Positions 41,045-53,865 are shown, counted from the stretch's first letter. The stretch is DNA of 64,000 nucleotides from Candidatus Moraniibacteriota bacterium (GCA_028695025.1 JAQVJV010000002.1:18998-82997), one strand, 5' to 3'. Translations and numbers: made by a program. The notes: generated by a model from the letters alone, not told the origin.

Positions 41045-41953
41045 ATGAATCTTCAAAAAAATATTATTCAAACAATTATATATTATGATATCTTGGATTT
41101 CCCTCTCACTTCTTTTGAGATTTGGAAGAATTTGATTGGCGAACGAAAGTGTTCTCTTGGCGAAATAACTGAAACGCTTGAAAGTAGCGAGCTTGAAAAT
41201 CGTATTGAAGAATATAACGGTTTTTATTTTCTCCACGGACGTAAAGAGCTTGTCGCGTGGCGGATCCAGGCGGACAAAGACGCGGGATTGAAATTTGAAA
41301 TTGCCGAAAAGGCGGCCAAGTGGCTCCGATTTGCGCCTTATGTCCGCATGGTTGCGCTCACGGGGACGCTCGCGATGAAAAACTGCGAAAAAGATTCAGA
41401 CATTGATTTTTTTGTGGTTCTTGAAAAAGGGCGTATTTTCACCGGACGGCTTCTGGCGACGGCGATGACGCACGTTTTGGGCCGCCGGCGATATGGGAAA
41501 AAAGTGAAAAACCGAATATGCCTCAATTATTTTGTCGCTACTGACAGCTTGAAAATCGAACGCCAAGATCTTTTCGCGGCAAATGAGTATACTTTTGTTT
41601 TTTTGTTGTTTAGCGGGTCGGCGGGTCGGGATTTCTATCGAGCCAATTTCGACTGGATCAAAAAATTCAAGCCCAATTGGGAAATTCCGGAGCTTGCGCC
41701 CGCGCGGTATCATGTTGACCCAACCTCAATCAGCCGGTTTGCCCAAAAGGCGCTTGAGCGCTTGATAAATTCTCTCGGAGGCGATAGAATAGAAACCTGG
41801 CTCAAGTGTGTGCAAATCGCGCGCATCGGGCGGAATCCCCTGACACGCAAGGACGGCGCTTATGTCCGTGCCAACGAAAAAAATTTGATATTCCTTCCCG
41901 ATCCGCAAGGCGTGCGGATTGAGAAGGAGTGGCAAAAGAGAATCAAATCTTGA
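41045..41953 (+). CDS. uncharacterised nucleotidyltransferase-fold protein
   Basis: YYDILDFPLT N-terminus; VALTGTLAM..DSDIDFFVV Pol-beta-like motif. Confidence 0.75.
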   Translation: MNLQKNIIQTIIYYDILDFPLTSFEIWKNLIGERKCSLGEITETLESSELENRIEEYNGFYFLHGRKELVAWRIQADKDAGLKFEIAEKAAKWLRFAPYVRMVALTGTLAMKNCEKDSDIDFFVVLEKGRIFTGRLLATAMTHVLGRRRYGKKVKNRICLNYFVATDSLKIERQDLFAANEYTFVFLLFSGSAGRDFYRANFDWIKKFKPNWEIPELAPARYHVDPTSISRFAQKALERLINSLGGDRIETWLKCVQIARIGRNPLTRKDGAYVRANEKNLIFLPDPQGVRIEKEWQKRIKS

Positions 41954-42009
41954 CACCCTGACTGTATTTCCTATAATAACAATTGGCAGTCAAACACTAA
42001 GAGTGCTAA
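41950..42009 (+). promoter_or_regulatory. groEL promoter with CIRCE (HrcA operator)
   Basis: TTGACA 41950-41955, TATAAT 41972-41977; TTGGCAGTC-N9-GAGTGCTAA at 41983-42009. Confidence 0.9.
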
Positions 42010-42028
42010 TTTAAAATTAATAATTTAA

Positions 42029-43801
<1,773 letters not shown>

Positions 43802-43824
43802 GATCATATAAATCCAAAGAAATT

Positions 43825-43856
43825 GAAAAAGAGGCCGTGTTCGCGGTCTCTTTTTC
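43825..43856 (+). terminator. terminator after groEL
   Basis: gaaaaagaggccg..cggtctctttttc. Confidence 0.65.
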
Positions 43857-43924
43857 GCATTCCCCCCTTTTTGTATTTATGCTATAATTTTTGCAGGATA
43901 ATTCTTATTCCCGAACAAAAACAC

Positions 43925-44887
43925 ATGTTTTCGAAATTTCTTAGTGGGATCAATTTCATTGCCCGGTGCCGGAAATACGGGTTGGGCCTTTGGGAGTGCC
44001 CCAATTTTTTGTTCATTGTGATGGGGGTTGTCACGATAGTAACGATGGTGGGGACATATTTCCTTTCCCGCCAGTTTTCTGACGAAGGGATAACCATCAT
44101 GAGCGTGACAGTGGAAGCTGTCCTTATTGTGACAATCGGAAGTTTTGTGATAAGCGGGGTGGAAAAAGTGGCGGAAGCCAATATTTTGAAAACGGAATTC
44201 GTTTCCATCATTTCCCATCAGCTCTGCACGCCGCTTTCCGCCATCAAATGGAGCATGGAAGTATTGGAAACGGAAAGAGAGGCTGATTGCAAATTTTCGG
44301 AAAAGCAAAAAATGTTTCTTGGCAACATTAAGAAATCCAACGAGCAGATGCTCAAAATGGTAACGGATCTTTTGGAGGTGGCTCGGATCGACCAAGGAAG
44401 GGCCATTTTCGAGGACAAGGAGCTGGATCTTTCCAATCTGGTCGAAGAATCAGTGGCCGGGCTCATGCGGAGCGCAAAAGAAAAAAATGTCCAAATAAGC
44501 TTGAGGATTGAGCCGGGTTTGAGCCGGGTTTGCGTCGATGAACGGAAAATAAAGGTGGTTTTGGACAATTTGATCGGGAATGCGGTCAAATATTCAAAAA
44601 ATGGGGGGAAAGTGGAAGTCGGTTTGAAGGAGGAAAATAGACGGATAGTTTTTTCCGTCCAGGACTGGGGAGTTGGGATTCCAAAATTCCAGCATAGCCG
44701 GGTGTTTGAAAAATTCTTCCGATCAAGAAATGACTCCCGATATCGGACTGACGGAGTAGGGATCGGGCTGTATCTTGCCAAAGCCATTCTCAAACATTGC
44801 GGTGGAGAGGTTTGGTTTGACAGTGAAGCTGAAAAAGGGTCAACTTTCTATTTTCGGATTCCGGTTCCGGCCGCCAAGAATGCCTGA
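43925..44887 (+). CDS. membrane sensor histidine kinase
   Basis: two TMs, SHQLCTPL H-box, NLIGNAVKY, DWGVGI, GVGIGLY. Confidence 0.93.
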   Translation: MFSKFLSGINFIARCRKYGLGLWECPNFLFIVMGVVTIVTMVGTYFLSRQFSDEGITIMSVTVEAVLIVTIGSFVISGVEKVAEANILKTEFVSIISHQLCTPLSAIKWSMEVLETEREADCKFSEKQKMFLGNIKKSNEQMLKMVTDLLEVARIDQGRAIFEDKELDLSNLVEESVAGLMRSAKEKNVQISLRIEPGLSRVCVDERKIKVVLDNLIGNAVKYSKNGGKVEVGLKEENRRIVFSVQDWGVGIPKFQHSRVFEKFFRSRNDSRYRTDGVGIGLYLAKAILKHCGGEVWFDSEAEKGSTFYFRIPVPAAKNA

Positions 44888-44921
44888 CTTATTTGGCGTA
44901 ATAATTAAATAAAATATTTTT

Positions 44922-45305
44922 ATGGATAACCCGGAAAAGAAAAAAATTCTCATCGTTGAAGATGATCGGGCGCTTCAAGCCGCCCTCGAAGAAACCCTGG
45001 AACAAGAAGGTTTTGAAACGGTCGGCGCTTTTGACGGAGAAGAGGGAACTCAAAAAGCGAAGGATGAAAAGCCGGATCTGATCCTGCTTGACATCATTCT
45101 TCCCAAGAAAAACGGCTACGAAGTTCTGGCCGATCTCAAAAATGGGGAAGAGCAGGATATACCTGTCATGATCATGACCAATCTTGAAGAAATTGACAAC
45201 ATCCAAAAAGCTTTGGATTTGGGCGCGAAAACTTTCATGATCAAATCCGATTTCAGCTTGAAGGACATTGTTGAAAAGATAAAAGAATATTTTTCGAAAA
45301 AATAA
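44922..45305 (+). CDS. single-domain response regulator
   Basis: ILIVEDD, LILLDIILP, conserved T and K residues. Confidence 0.95.
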   Translation: MDNPEKKKILIVEDDRALQAALEETLEQEGFETVGAFDGEEGTQKAKDEKPDLILLDIILPKKNGYEVLADLKNGEEQDIPVMIMTNLEEIDNIQKALDLGAKTFMIKSDFSLKDIVEKIKEYFSKK

Positions 45306-47045
45306 ATGCGAGTTGACAATGAGAGGCTAAAAAGTTTCGCGCTGGATTCCGGCATTATGTCTGAAGAACAGCTGAACCAGGCTTCGGAGGAAGCGGAGAG
45401 CGAAGGGAAAAATCTTGGCGATGTCCTGGTTAAAAAGAAGATAATTACTTCCGACCAGATGCGGCAGCTGGTTTCCTATATTCTGGGAATTCCTTTTGTG
45501 AATATTGAAAAAGAAATTATTCCGAAAGAAATACTGCAGATTATTCCCGAAGCCATCGCCAAAAAATATAAAGTGGTGGCTTTCAAAAAAACCGGAACAG
45601 AGCTCAAGGTGGCTATGCTCAATCCGGATGATATTCAGACAGTTGATTTTATCCGGAAAAAGACCGGCCTCAAAGTTTCACCCTGCGTGACAACGGAACT
45701 GGGGATTGAAAACGCGCTCAAGCAATACGAGCAGAGCCTCAAGGCGGAGTTCGGAGATATCATCGAAAAAAACGCGCCGGGAGTTTCGCAGGATGACTCC
45801 TTGGAAAAAGTGGCGCAGGAATTGCCGGTGATCCGCATCGTGGAAGCGCTTCTCAAGCATGCTATCCTTCAGGATGCGAGCGATATCCATATAGAACCGG
45901 ATGAAAAAGAAGTGCGTGTCCGCTACCGCATCGACGGGATGCTCCATGACGCGATGAATTTGCCGCGCACGGTCCTTGCCGGAATTGTCGCCCGCATAAA
46001 GATTCTTTCCAACCTCAAGCTGGACGAACACCGCCTGCCCCAGGACGGACGGTTCAAAATCGAACAAGACGGGAGAAGGACCGCTTTCCGGGTTTCCATC
46101 TTGCCGGTCTATTCCGGAGAAAAAATCGTGATGCGCCTCTTGGACGAATCTTCCAAGGGCCTTACGCTTGAAGCGATGGGCCTTTGGGGCGCGGCGCTTG
46201 AAAAAATACACCAAGCCATCCAAAAGCCGAACGGCATGATTCTCGTCACCGGCCCGACCGGATCGGGAAAAACGACTACGCTTTATACTATAATGGACAT
46301 CCTCAATACTCCGAAGGTGAATATTTCCACTGTGGAAGACCCGATCGAGTACAAGATGTCGAGGATCAACCAGACGCAAGTCAATCCGCAGATAGGACTT
46401 ACTTTTTCCCAAGGTTTGCGGGCGCTCCTTCGCCAGGATCCGGATATCATCATGGTAGGGGAAATTCGGGACAAAGAAACGATGGAAATTGCCGTCCACG
46501 CGGCGATGACCGGCCACTTGGTGCTTTCCACGCTGCATACCAACGACGCGCCGGGAACGATACCCCGTCTCATTGACATGGGCGCGGAGCCGTTCCTCAT
46601 CGCTTCGACGGTGAATGTGGTGATGGGGCAACGGCTGGTGAGAAAGCTTTGCAGCGATTGCCGCCAGAGCTACAAGCTTGACAAGGCCCTTTTGGATTCT
46701 TTGAGCAAAGAAATTGATCTTGATCAGCTTTTGGATATTGCCGCAAAAAGCAACTTCATAGACAAGGAAGTTGCCGTGTCCCGGGATTGGTCAAAAATTG
46801 ATTTTTTTCACTCGGTTGGTTGCGAGCGCTGTTCCCAGGAAGGTTATAAAGGGCGGGTGGGAATATATGAAGTGATGGAAGTTGACGAGGAACTGGCCAA
46901 AATGATCAGTGCGCGCGCGGACAGCAATGAGATAGGGAAAAAAGCCAAAGAAAAAGGGATGATGAATATGTTTGAGGATGGGATGATAAAAGCCATTCAA
47001 GGAGTTACTTCCATTGAAGAAATTCTACGGGTTACGAAGAATTGA
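45306..47045 (+). CDS. pilB: type IV pilus assembly ATPase (PilB/GspE)
   Basis: ASDIHIEP, GPTGSGKTT, LRQDPDIIMVGEIRD, CSDC..CERC. Confidence 0.95.
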   Translation: MRVDNERLKSFALDSGIMSEEQLNQASEEAESEGKNLGDVLVKKKIITSDQMRQLVSYILGIPFVNIEKEIIPKEILQIIPEAIAKKYKVVAFKKTGTELKVAMLNPDDIQTVDFIRKKTGLKVSPCVTTELGIENALKQYEQSLKAEFGDIIEKNAPGVSQDDSLEKVAQELPVIRIVEALLKHAILQDASDIHIEPDEKEVRVRYRIDGMLHDAMNLPRTVLAGIVARIKILSNLKLDEHRLPQDGRFKIEQDGRRTAFRVSILPVYSGEKIVMRLLDESSKGLTLEAMGLWGAALEKIHQAIQKPNGMILVTGPTGSGKTTTLYTIMDILNTPKVNISTVEDPIEYKMSRINQTQVNPQIGLTFSQGLRALLRQDPDIIMVGEIRDKETMEIAVHAAMTGHLVLSTLHTNDAPGTIPRLIDMGAEPFLIASTVNVVMGQRLVRKLCSDCRQSYKLDKALLDSLSKEIDLDQLLDIAAKSNFIDKEVAVSRDWSKIDFFHSVGCERCSQEGYKGRVGIYEVMEVDEELAKMISARADSNEIGKKAKEKGMMNMFEDGMIKAIQGVTSIEEILRVTKN

Positions 47046-47171
47046 AAGGCTAAAATCAAAAAACTTTAGCTTTTAGCTTTTAGAATTTAGACTTTCTAAA
47101 ATCAGGGTCTCGTTTGACTCTTTTTTTTATGTTATAATAAAAGTGTAAATATCAAGTAAAAACAAAATTTT

Positions 47172-48383
47172 ATGCCGGTTTTCGAGTTTACGGCCAAGAA
47201 CATAAACGGAGAGGTCAAAAAAGGGAAAATAGAGGGAAAAGACGAGCGATCTGTCGCAGAATCATTGCGGTCAAGCGGATATTTTACCACGAAAATTGAA
47301 GAAAAAAAGGAAAAAGGGGGACAAGGTTCCGCAAGGTTCAATTTTTTTTCGCGGATTTCCATAAAAGACAAAATGATGTTTGCCCGTCATTTGGGAGTGA
47401 TGCTTTCATCGGGCCTTTCGATCCCGCGGGCTTTGGATGTCATATCCAACCAGACAAAAAGCAAAAAATTCAAAGATATCCTGCTTCAGATAAGCGAGGA
47501 TGTGAAAACCGGAAACACCCTTGCGGATGGATTGGCCAAATCCGGCGTTTTTGATGATTTATCGGTGAATATGGTGAGGGTGGGAGAGGTGAGCGGAAAC
47601 CTGGAAAATGTCCTCAAGCTTTTGGCGGACCAGTTGGAAAAAGAGCACAATTTAATCAGCAAGGTACGCGGAGCGATGTATTACCCGTCAGTCATTTTGG
47701 TCGTCATGGTCGGAATTGGAATTGCGATGATGACCTACGTGGTTCCCCAACTCACCTCCGTGTTTTCCGATGTCGATGCTTCTCTTCCGGCTTCAACCCA
47801 GTTCATAATCAATACGAGCAACTTTATGGCGGCTCACAAGCTGTTGGTTTTTGGATTGGCCATCCTTACGGTTTTTCTGCTTGTTGTTTTTTTCAAGACC
47901 AAGACGGGGAAGAGAGCGGTGTCTTTCATGTCCATCAAGATTCCTGTTGTGAAAAATATCGTCATCCAGGTGAATAATGCCCGGTTTGCCCGTATTTTCA
48001 GTTCGCTCATCCAAAGCGGTGTTCCTGTTGTCGAATCGCTGAAAATAATTTCGGAAACTCTCACCAACCGATATTACCAAGAGGCTTTCCGTGCGGTAAG
48101 CAATGATGTCCAGAAAGGAAAAACCATCCATGAGGAACTTGCCATTTTCCCGAAACTTTTTCCGACTTTAATGGTGCAAATGGTGGAGGTGGGGGAGGAG
48201 ACCGGAAAGACGGCGGATGTCCTTTTGGATTTGGCGAGGTTTTATGAAGAAGAAATTGACCGGGTCACCAAGAATCTTTCTTCGATAATCGAGCCGGTGC
48301 TGATGGTGATAATCGGTTCGGCAGTCGGATTTTTTGCCATATCCATGATCACGCCGATGTATTCCGTGATGGAAAATATATAA
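47172..48383 (+). CDS. pilC: type IV pilus platform protein (PilC/GspF)
   Basis: two VGE[V/E][S/T]G repeats, AMYYP, IIEPVLM. Confidence 0.95.
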   Translation: MPVFEFTAKNINGEVKKGKIEGKDERSVAESLRSSGYFTTKIEEKKEKGGQGSARFNFFSRISIKDKMMFARHLGVMLSSGLSIPRALDVISNQTKSKKFKDILLQISEDVKTGNTLADGLAKSGVFDDLSVNMVRVGEVSGNLENVLKLLADQLEKEHNLISKVRGAMYYPSVILVVMVGIGIAMMTYVVPQLTSVFSDVDASLPASTQFIINTSNFMAAHKLLVFGLAILTVFLLVVFFKTKTGKRAVSFMSIKIPVVKNIVIQVNNARFARIFSSLIQSGVPVVESLKIISETLTNRYYQEAFRAVSNDVQKGKTIHEELAIFPKLFPTLMVQMVEVGEETGKTADVLLDLARFYEEEIDRVTKNLSSIIEPVLMVIIGSAVGFFAISMITPMYSVMENI

Positions 48384-48452
48384 TTTCAGCTAAAAAGAAG
48401 AGACGCTGGTTATTGTGATATAATAAAAAAATAATAATCAAACTCCAGAAGA

Positions 48453-48839
48453 ATGAAAAAAGGAGAAAAAACAGGATTTTCCATATTGGAAGTATTTATT
48501 ACGATATTCATCATCGGTGTCATTTTGATTTTATATCAAGCTTCTTTATCTGGTTTTTATATTATTCGGACGGTAAAAGATCAAGAGATAGCCTTGCGTG
48601 TGGCGAATAATAAGCTGGAAGAACTGCGATCGGCGGGATATGATAATATTCCATCCACTGGCTCTTTTAATAATCCTCAATTATCTGATTTTTTGGATAA
48701 ATCATCCATACTAACCGTTGAAGATTTTAATGCCGAGACAAAGCAAATAACGGTCACCATCAATTGGCGTGAAAAAGCGGGCGCACCTTTCAAAAATGTT
48801 TCTTTAACTACTCTTGTGACGAAAAATGGAGGAATTTAA
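48453..48839 (+). CDS. minor prepilin (PilV-like)
   Basis: class III signal G|FSILE followed by a hydrophobic helix. Confidence 0.85.
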   Translation: MKKGEKTGFSILEVFITIFIIGVILILYQASLSGFYIIRTVKDQEIALRVANNKLEELRSAGYDNIPSTGSFNNPQLSDFLDKSSILTVEDFNAETKQITVTINWREKAGAPFKNVSLTTLVTKNGGI

Positions 48840-48845
48840 TATTTT

Positions 48846-49412
48846 ATGAAGAGATATAATTTTTTTAAAAAAGGCTTTACATTTATTGAAGCAATCGCGG
48901 CTGTTGCGATTTTTATCTTTATTTCTGTGGCGATGGTTACGATATACGTAAACTATGTCAAAGCTTTCAATTACAACCAAGCGGTAATGAAATTGGCCGG
49001 ATCAGCCCGTTCAGTAAGCAGCGAGGTGGAAAAGATGGTGCTTCAATCAAATCAGATTATTGATAGCCATATTTTTTCTGGAAATGTGTATACTACAAAC
49101 TCTGACACCTTAGTGTTGGAGTTGCCGTCTATCGATAATTCAAAGAATATAGTAAACGGGAAGTATGATTATATTGTTTTTTACATTGAAGGAAGTGGTT
49201 TTTATGAATTGATTCAGGCTGATGCTGACAGCAGTCGAGTTTCAATTGAAAGGCAAATTGCTGAATCGGTGAAGAATATTGTTTTTACCTATGACAATTC
49301 GAATGTGGTTGAGGCCAAAAGGGTTGATTTAACCCTTGATATGCAAGAAACCGTAAACAATAAAATGGCTCAATATCGTCTTGATCAAGAAATATATTTG
49401 AGAAATAAATAA
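48846..49412 (+). CDS. minor prepilin (PilW-like)
   Basis: KG|FTFIE class III signal. Confidence 0.85.
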   Translation: MKRYNFFKKGFTFIEAIAAVAIFIFISVAMVTIYVNYVKAFNYNQAVMKLAGSARSVSSEVEKMVLQSNQIIDSHIFSGNVYTTNSDTLVLELPSIDNSKNIVNGKYDYIVFYIEGSGFYELIQADADSSRVSIERQIAESVKNIVFTYDNSNVVEAKRVDLTLDMQETVNNKMAQYRLDQEIYLRNK

Positions 49413-51227
49413 ATGAAAAAAAATATCTACCAAAATCAAAATGGGCAAATTATCATGATCGGATTGGTTTTTTTTGCGATTATTCTTATTTTTTCTAGTT
49501 CTCTTATTGCCTATACTTCATCTCAAGTAAGGCTGGGACGTCAAAATATCGCTAAATCACAAGCGCTTCGGATCGCCGAAGCCGGCCTCGACCAAGCCGT
49601 TTATCAGCTCAATCAGAGCAGTAATTATGACGGAGAAACAAGCACAAATTTGGGAAACGGCGTTTTTACGGTAACGGTTTCGAGTGTAAACAGCAATATA
49701 AAGGAAATTGTTTCGACTGGTTATGTTCCGGATAGCGCCAATCCAATCGCTGTCAGGACAGTAAAATCAACTTTTACTATCAGCGATTCCATTATCTCGT
49801 TCAATTACGGAGTGCAGGCGGGAAATGGCGGATTCGTCATGAGTGGGGGATCAGTAGTCAATGGAAACATATACTCCAACGGAAATATTGTGGCTACTAG
49901 CGGGGTGCATATAACGGGAAGCGCAACAGCAGCCAATTCCCCCTCTGCTTACGCCGATCAGGTAAATGATTCACCGGATTCCATAAACTCTTGCACTAGC
50001 TCTTCTTGCATTACATTTGCAAATTCCAGCGGAACACAGGATTTTGCTCAAAGCTTTAGATTATCAGATGGATTAACCCTGAACAATATTCAATTTTACA
50101 TAAAAAAAGTCGGATCGCCTTCAAATATAACCTTACGAATTGTTAATGATAATGGAGGGAACCCGGGAACAGATGTTTTGATGACCGGAACATTAAACGC
50201 GTCTACCGTTACGTCCAGTTTTGGCTGGGTGACAGTAACTTTACCATCCACGCCCGTCTTAAATTCCGGACAAACATACTGGATGGTTTTAGATGCCTCT
50301 TCCAACTCTTCAAAATATTATATTATCGGTGCCAATAGCAGCTATTCCAATGGAATTGGAAAAATTGGTAAATATGGAACGAGCTGGTCCGACACTTCAC
50401 CGGCGGGATTGGATGGATATTTCAGGATTTTTTTAGGAGGGGCTACCTCAACTATTGGAGGAAGTACTTATGTTGGCGGTGTGTATATTGGCACAACAAG
50501 CTCTGATATTGCCTGGGCTCATTCAATAATTGGCGCTTCAACTACCGGGACATTGTATTGCAAGAGTGGCAGCTATAACAATAAGGCTTGCGATTCCAGT
50601 CGATCAGATCCAGATCCGCAGCCAATGCCTCTGTCAGATGGAAATATTCAGGGCTGGAAAAACGAAGCAGAGGCGGGCGGAGTAATTTCGGGGGACTATC
50701 ATGTTGGATGGGCGGGGGCGACACTAGGTCCAAAAGTGATCACAGGGGATCTCCTGATCGACGGAGGTGGAATTCTAAATGTCACGGGAACGCTTTATAT
50801 CAAGGGAGACTTCACTCTAACAAGCGGGGGAAGAGTGAAATTGGATGAGAGCTATGGAGAAAGCAATGGAATTATTATTGTCGATGGAAATGTTTCTTTG
50901 ACGGGCGGTTCTAATTTTTCCGGTTCGGGTCAGGAAGGAAGCTATCCTTTTCTAATAACAACAAGTTCCTGTCCGACAGCTCCAGGATGTAATGGGGATA
51001 ATGCTATTTATTTATCAGGCGGAGCAGGAACGGTGGCTCTTATCGCCCAGGATGGAAATGCGCTAATAAACGGAGGTTCTGCGCTTAAGGAAGTCACAGC
51101 CAAGCAAATCACCATGTCGGGAGGGGCTCAATTGATTTATGACAGCGGCTTAGTGAATGCCAATTTCTCCAGTGGTCCGGGAGGGTCTTGGGAGTATAAG
51201 CCGGGGACTTATGTTATTGTGAAATAA
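49413..51227 (+). CDS. large PilX-like pilin/adhesin
   Basis: G|QIIMI N-terminus lacking E5, ALRIAEAGLD motif, G/S-rich beta-repeat body. Confidence 0.8.
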   Translation: MKKNIYQNQNGQIIMIGLVFFAIILIFSSSLIAYTSSQVRLGRQNIAKSQALRIAEAGLDQAVYQLNQSSNYDGETSTNLGNGVFTVTVSSVNSNIKEIVSTGYVPDSANPIAVRTVKSTFTISDSIISFNYGVQAGNGGFVMSGGSVVNGNIYSNGNIVATSGVHITGSATAANSPSAYADQVNDSPDSINSCTSSSCITFANSSGTQDFAQSFRLSDGLTLNNIQFYIKKVGSPSNITLRIVNDNGGNPGTDVLMTGTLNASTVTSSFGWVTVTLPSTPVLNSGQTYWMVLDASSNSSKYYIIGANSSYSNGIGKIGKYGTSWSDTSPAGLDGYFRIFLGGATSTIGGSTYVGGVYIGTTSSDIAWAHSIIGASTTGTLYCKSGSYNNKACDSSRSDPDPQPMPLSDGNIQGWKNEAEAGGVISGDYHVGWAGATLGPKVITGDLLIDGGGILNVTGTLYIKGDFTLTSGGRVKLDESYGESNGIIIVDGNVSLTGGSNFSGSGQEGSYPFLITTSSCPTAPGCNGDNAIYLSGGAGTVALIAQDGNALINGGSALKEVTAKQITMSGGAQLIYDSGLVNANFSSGPGGSWEYKPGTYVIVK

Positions 51228-51239
51228 TTTTTGTATATC

Positions 51240-52313
51240 ATGAATTTTTTTACCCATAATTTATTCAGTTCGAAATATAGGGCATTTGGACTTGAGATAA
51301 AAAGCAGTTCGATAAAAGCAGCTTGGCTTAAAAAGAAAAAAAATAAATTTCGCCTTATGGCCTGTGGAAGGAAAATTCCTTCCCGTGAAAATGTTCAATC
51401 CGATCGCGTTATAAATCCACAAAAGTTAGCTGAGGAAATAAGGTATCTTCTGGAATCAGCTCAGCCAAAACCCATAAAAATAAAAAATGCTATCGTTTCA
51501 ATTCCGGAAGCGAGGGCTTTTATACGCACGATTCAAATACCAAAAATGAGTTACAATGAGGCAAAAGAAGCGGTTAAATGGGAAACTGAAGCAAATATTC
51601 CGATATCAGTTGATCGAGTTTATATTGATTGGCAAGTGATTTCGACTAATGTCGATAAGGAAGATGTTTTGGTGGCGGCGGTTCCCAAGGATGTGGTTGA
51701 TTCATACTTTGAAACTGTAAGATTGGCTGGCCTTTCCCCGTTGGTAATGGAAATCGATGCTATTGCCACAATTCGCAGTCTCACGAGGAATATTAATACT
51801 GAAGCACCTGTTTTAATTGCTGATATAGGTGCGGGGAGTACAAGTTTTGCTATTTGTCAAAACCAGATACCATATTTCACTTCGAGTATTCCCCTAAGTG
51901 GCGATTCTTTTACGGAAGTATTGCAAAAAGAATTAGGTGTGGGGTGGGAAAAAGCAGAAGAGATAAAATTTCAATTCGGAGCGGGAAAAGAAAACACGAA
52001 TGATGTTCATGATAAGTTGCTTGATCCTCTTATTGAAAATTTAGCTGCGGAGATTGAGAAGTCGATTATTTTTTACTCTGAGTCTATATGCAAAGTCGAA
52101 AAAGTTCAGAAGGTTATTTTGTCAGGTGGGGGAGCACTTCTCCATGGATTGCCAAAAAAATTAGAAGAAAGACTGAAAATAGAAGTTGTTATGGGTGATC
52201 CAGCCTATCAAATAGACACAAAGAGCTTTCCATATGAAGTTTCACCTCGAGATCTATTGTCCTATTCAACAGTTTTAGGGCTAGCTCTGCGAGAAATTAA
52301 CTATGGACGTTAA
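51240..52313 (+). CDS. pilM: type IV pilus assembly protein PilM
   Basis: FGLEIKSSSIK, VLVAAVPK, ADIGAGST, ILSGGGALL, LGLALR. Confidence 0.92.
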   Translation: MNFFTHNLFSSKYRAFGLEIKSSSIKAAWLKKKKNKFRLMACGRKIPSRENVQSDRVINPQKLAEEIRYLLESAQPKPIKIKNAIVSIPEARAFIRTIQIPKMSYNEAKEAVKWETEANIPISVDRVYIDWQVISTNVDKEDVLVAAVPKDVVDSYFETVRLAGLSPLVMEIDAIATIRSLTRNINTEAPVLIADIGAGSTSFAICQNQIPYFTSSIPLSGDSFTEVLQKELGVGWEKAEEIKFQFGAGKENTNDVHDKLLDPLIENLAAEIEKSIIFYSESICKVEKVQKVILSGGGALLHGLPKKLEERLKIEVVMGDPAYQIDTKSFPYEVSPRDLLSYSTVLGLALREINYGR

Positions 52314-52848
52314 TATAAATATCCTACCCGATTATCAAAAAGAAAAAATAGAAAAAGAACAAAAGGATAGATTGGTAGTTAAAATCTTCGTTTCAGTTAT
52401 TTTGGCGCTTATTATTGTTAATGTTATCCTTGTCCTTATGTATTTTGTCCTAAACATTGAGTATCAGGCAGGAAAAAAATCATCTGATTCTTTCAACCAG
52501 AATAACATTGACAAGGAAATAGGGCTCGAGAAAATATTTCAGGAGGCCGATAAGCAGGTTCTTGCTCTATCAAAAATAAGTCAAAATTCTTCTGATTGGG
52601 CCAAAGTATTGACTAGAATTGCCGTTCTGACACCAGATGGAGTGAAAATTAGTCAAATTTCTGCGAATGGAACAAATTTGAAAATTTCCGGATTTTCCAA
52701 AACTAGGGACGATTTTTTGGTTTTTCAAGATAATCTTGCTTCTGATGGATTGCAATTTCCCGTAGATATTTCAAATCTAGTCTCAGCGGATAATTTAAAT
52801 TTTGACTTAGATATGGAGATTCCCAAGGAGTATTTGATGAGAAAATGA
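52303..52848 (+). CDS. pilN: PilN-like protein
   Basis: ININILP-type N-terminal motif (VNINILP), one TM, PDGVKI..LKISG; follows pilM. Confidence 0.85.
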   Translation: MDVNINILPDYQKEKIEKEQKDRLVVKIFVSVILALIIVNVILVLMYFVLNIEYQAGKKSSDSFNQNNIDKEIGLEKIFQEADKQVLALSKISQNSSDWAKVLTRIAVLTPDGVKISQISANGTNLKISGFSKTRDDFLVFQDNLASDGLQFPVDISNLVSADNLNFDLDMEIPKEYLMRK

Positions 52849-53552
52849 ATTTTATGAAAAGTTGGATAGACAAAAAAATAATATTTTTCATGGTTATTGC
52901 TATCATAGCAGCAGCAGGTCTTTCTTGGTTGGCTTTTTTTTGGCAATTCGGGAAGATAAAAACCACCTCCGATATGATTCAGGAGCAACAACTTAGCTCA
53001 CAAGTGGATCAAGAGAGAAGGCAAAAAATCCTTGAGCTTGGCAAGGAATTGGTAGACATTGAAAACAATACAAACGAAATGAAAAATATGTTAGTCGATA
53101 AGAATAACGCCGTCCCTTTTCTGGAGGCCCTGGAGAATATTTCAAGCAGTACTGGAAATTCGATTGTGATCAGCGTTGTGGATCTTTCGAAAGCCGTCGC
53201 TCAAAACACCAAAAAGCCAGTAGCTTCTGAAGACGATTCGGATGCGGATTCTAACTCAAAAACCAGCCCTGCGAAGAAGGCAACCGCTAAAAGTGCAAAG
53301 CCAGATTATTCTAATCAACTCGGATTTTCACTATCCATAAATGGAACTTTTCCATCATTGATTAATTTTCTCAATAAAATCGAAAATATTCCGTATTTTA
53401 TCCAGGTTTATGATTTCAAGATAGCTCCGATTTCAAAAAATCAATCCGCGAAAACGGAAAATTCCGATTCTTCGCAAGACGATCAAAATAAACTGGAAAA
53501 TAGCTTGAACACGATGATAACTATTGGAGTTTATTCAAATGGAACAAAGTAG
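52845..53552 (+). CDS. PilO-like protein
   Basis: TM plus coiled coil, GTFPSLINFLNKIENIP; follows pilN. Confidence 0.75.
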   Translation: MNFMKSWIDKKIIFFMVIAIIAAAGLSWLAFFWQFGKIKTTSDMIQEQQLSSQVDQERRQKILELGKELVDIENNTNEMKNMLVDKNNAVPFLEALENISSSTGNSIVISVVDLSKAVAQNTKKPVASEDDSDADSNSKTSPAKKATAKSAKPDYSNQLGFSLSINGTFPSLINFLNKIENIPYFIQVYDFKIAPISKNQSAKTENSDSSQDDQNKLENSLNTMITIGVYSNGTK

Positions 53553-53865
53553 CGAAAAAAGAAAACTAATCTCAGATAAATTAAGAAATATTTTTGAGAA
53601 GATATGCTCATTTTTCTTAAGATGGTTTCCTCTTTTCTCTCTATTGTTAGCAGCAGCTTTTTGTGTCTTTGTGTGGTATTATTATGTATGGAAATCAGAC
53701 TGGAGCGCTGAGAAAAAACAGCAGTATATTAGCGAGCAAGCCAAGTTCACTTTCAACAAAACTGGCTATCAAAAAATGGTGGAAATTATGAATTCGCGTC
53801 GGGAAAAACTTCTCGATACTCCGGCCTTCGACGGCAAGGACATATTTTTTCCGACTGGATTCTGA
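53539..53865 (+). CDS. small single-TM protein, last gene of the pilus operon
   Basis: overlaps the pilO-like stop; ends KDIFFPTGF. Confidence 0.65.
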   Translation: MEQSSEKRKLISDKLRNIFEKICSFFLRWFPLFSLLLAAAFCVFVWYYYVWKSDWSAEKKQQYISEQAKFTFNKTGYQKMVEIMNSRREKLLDTPAFDGKDIFFPTGF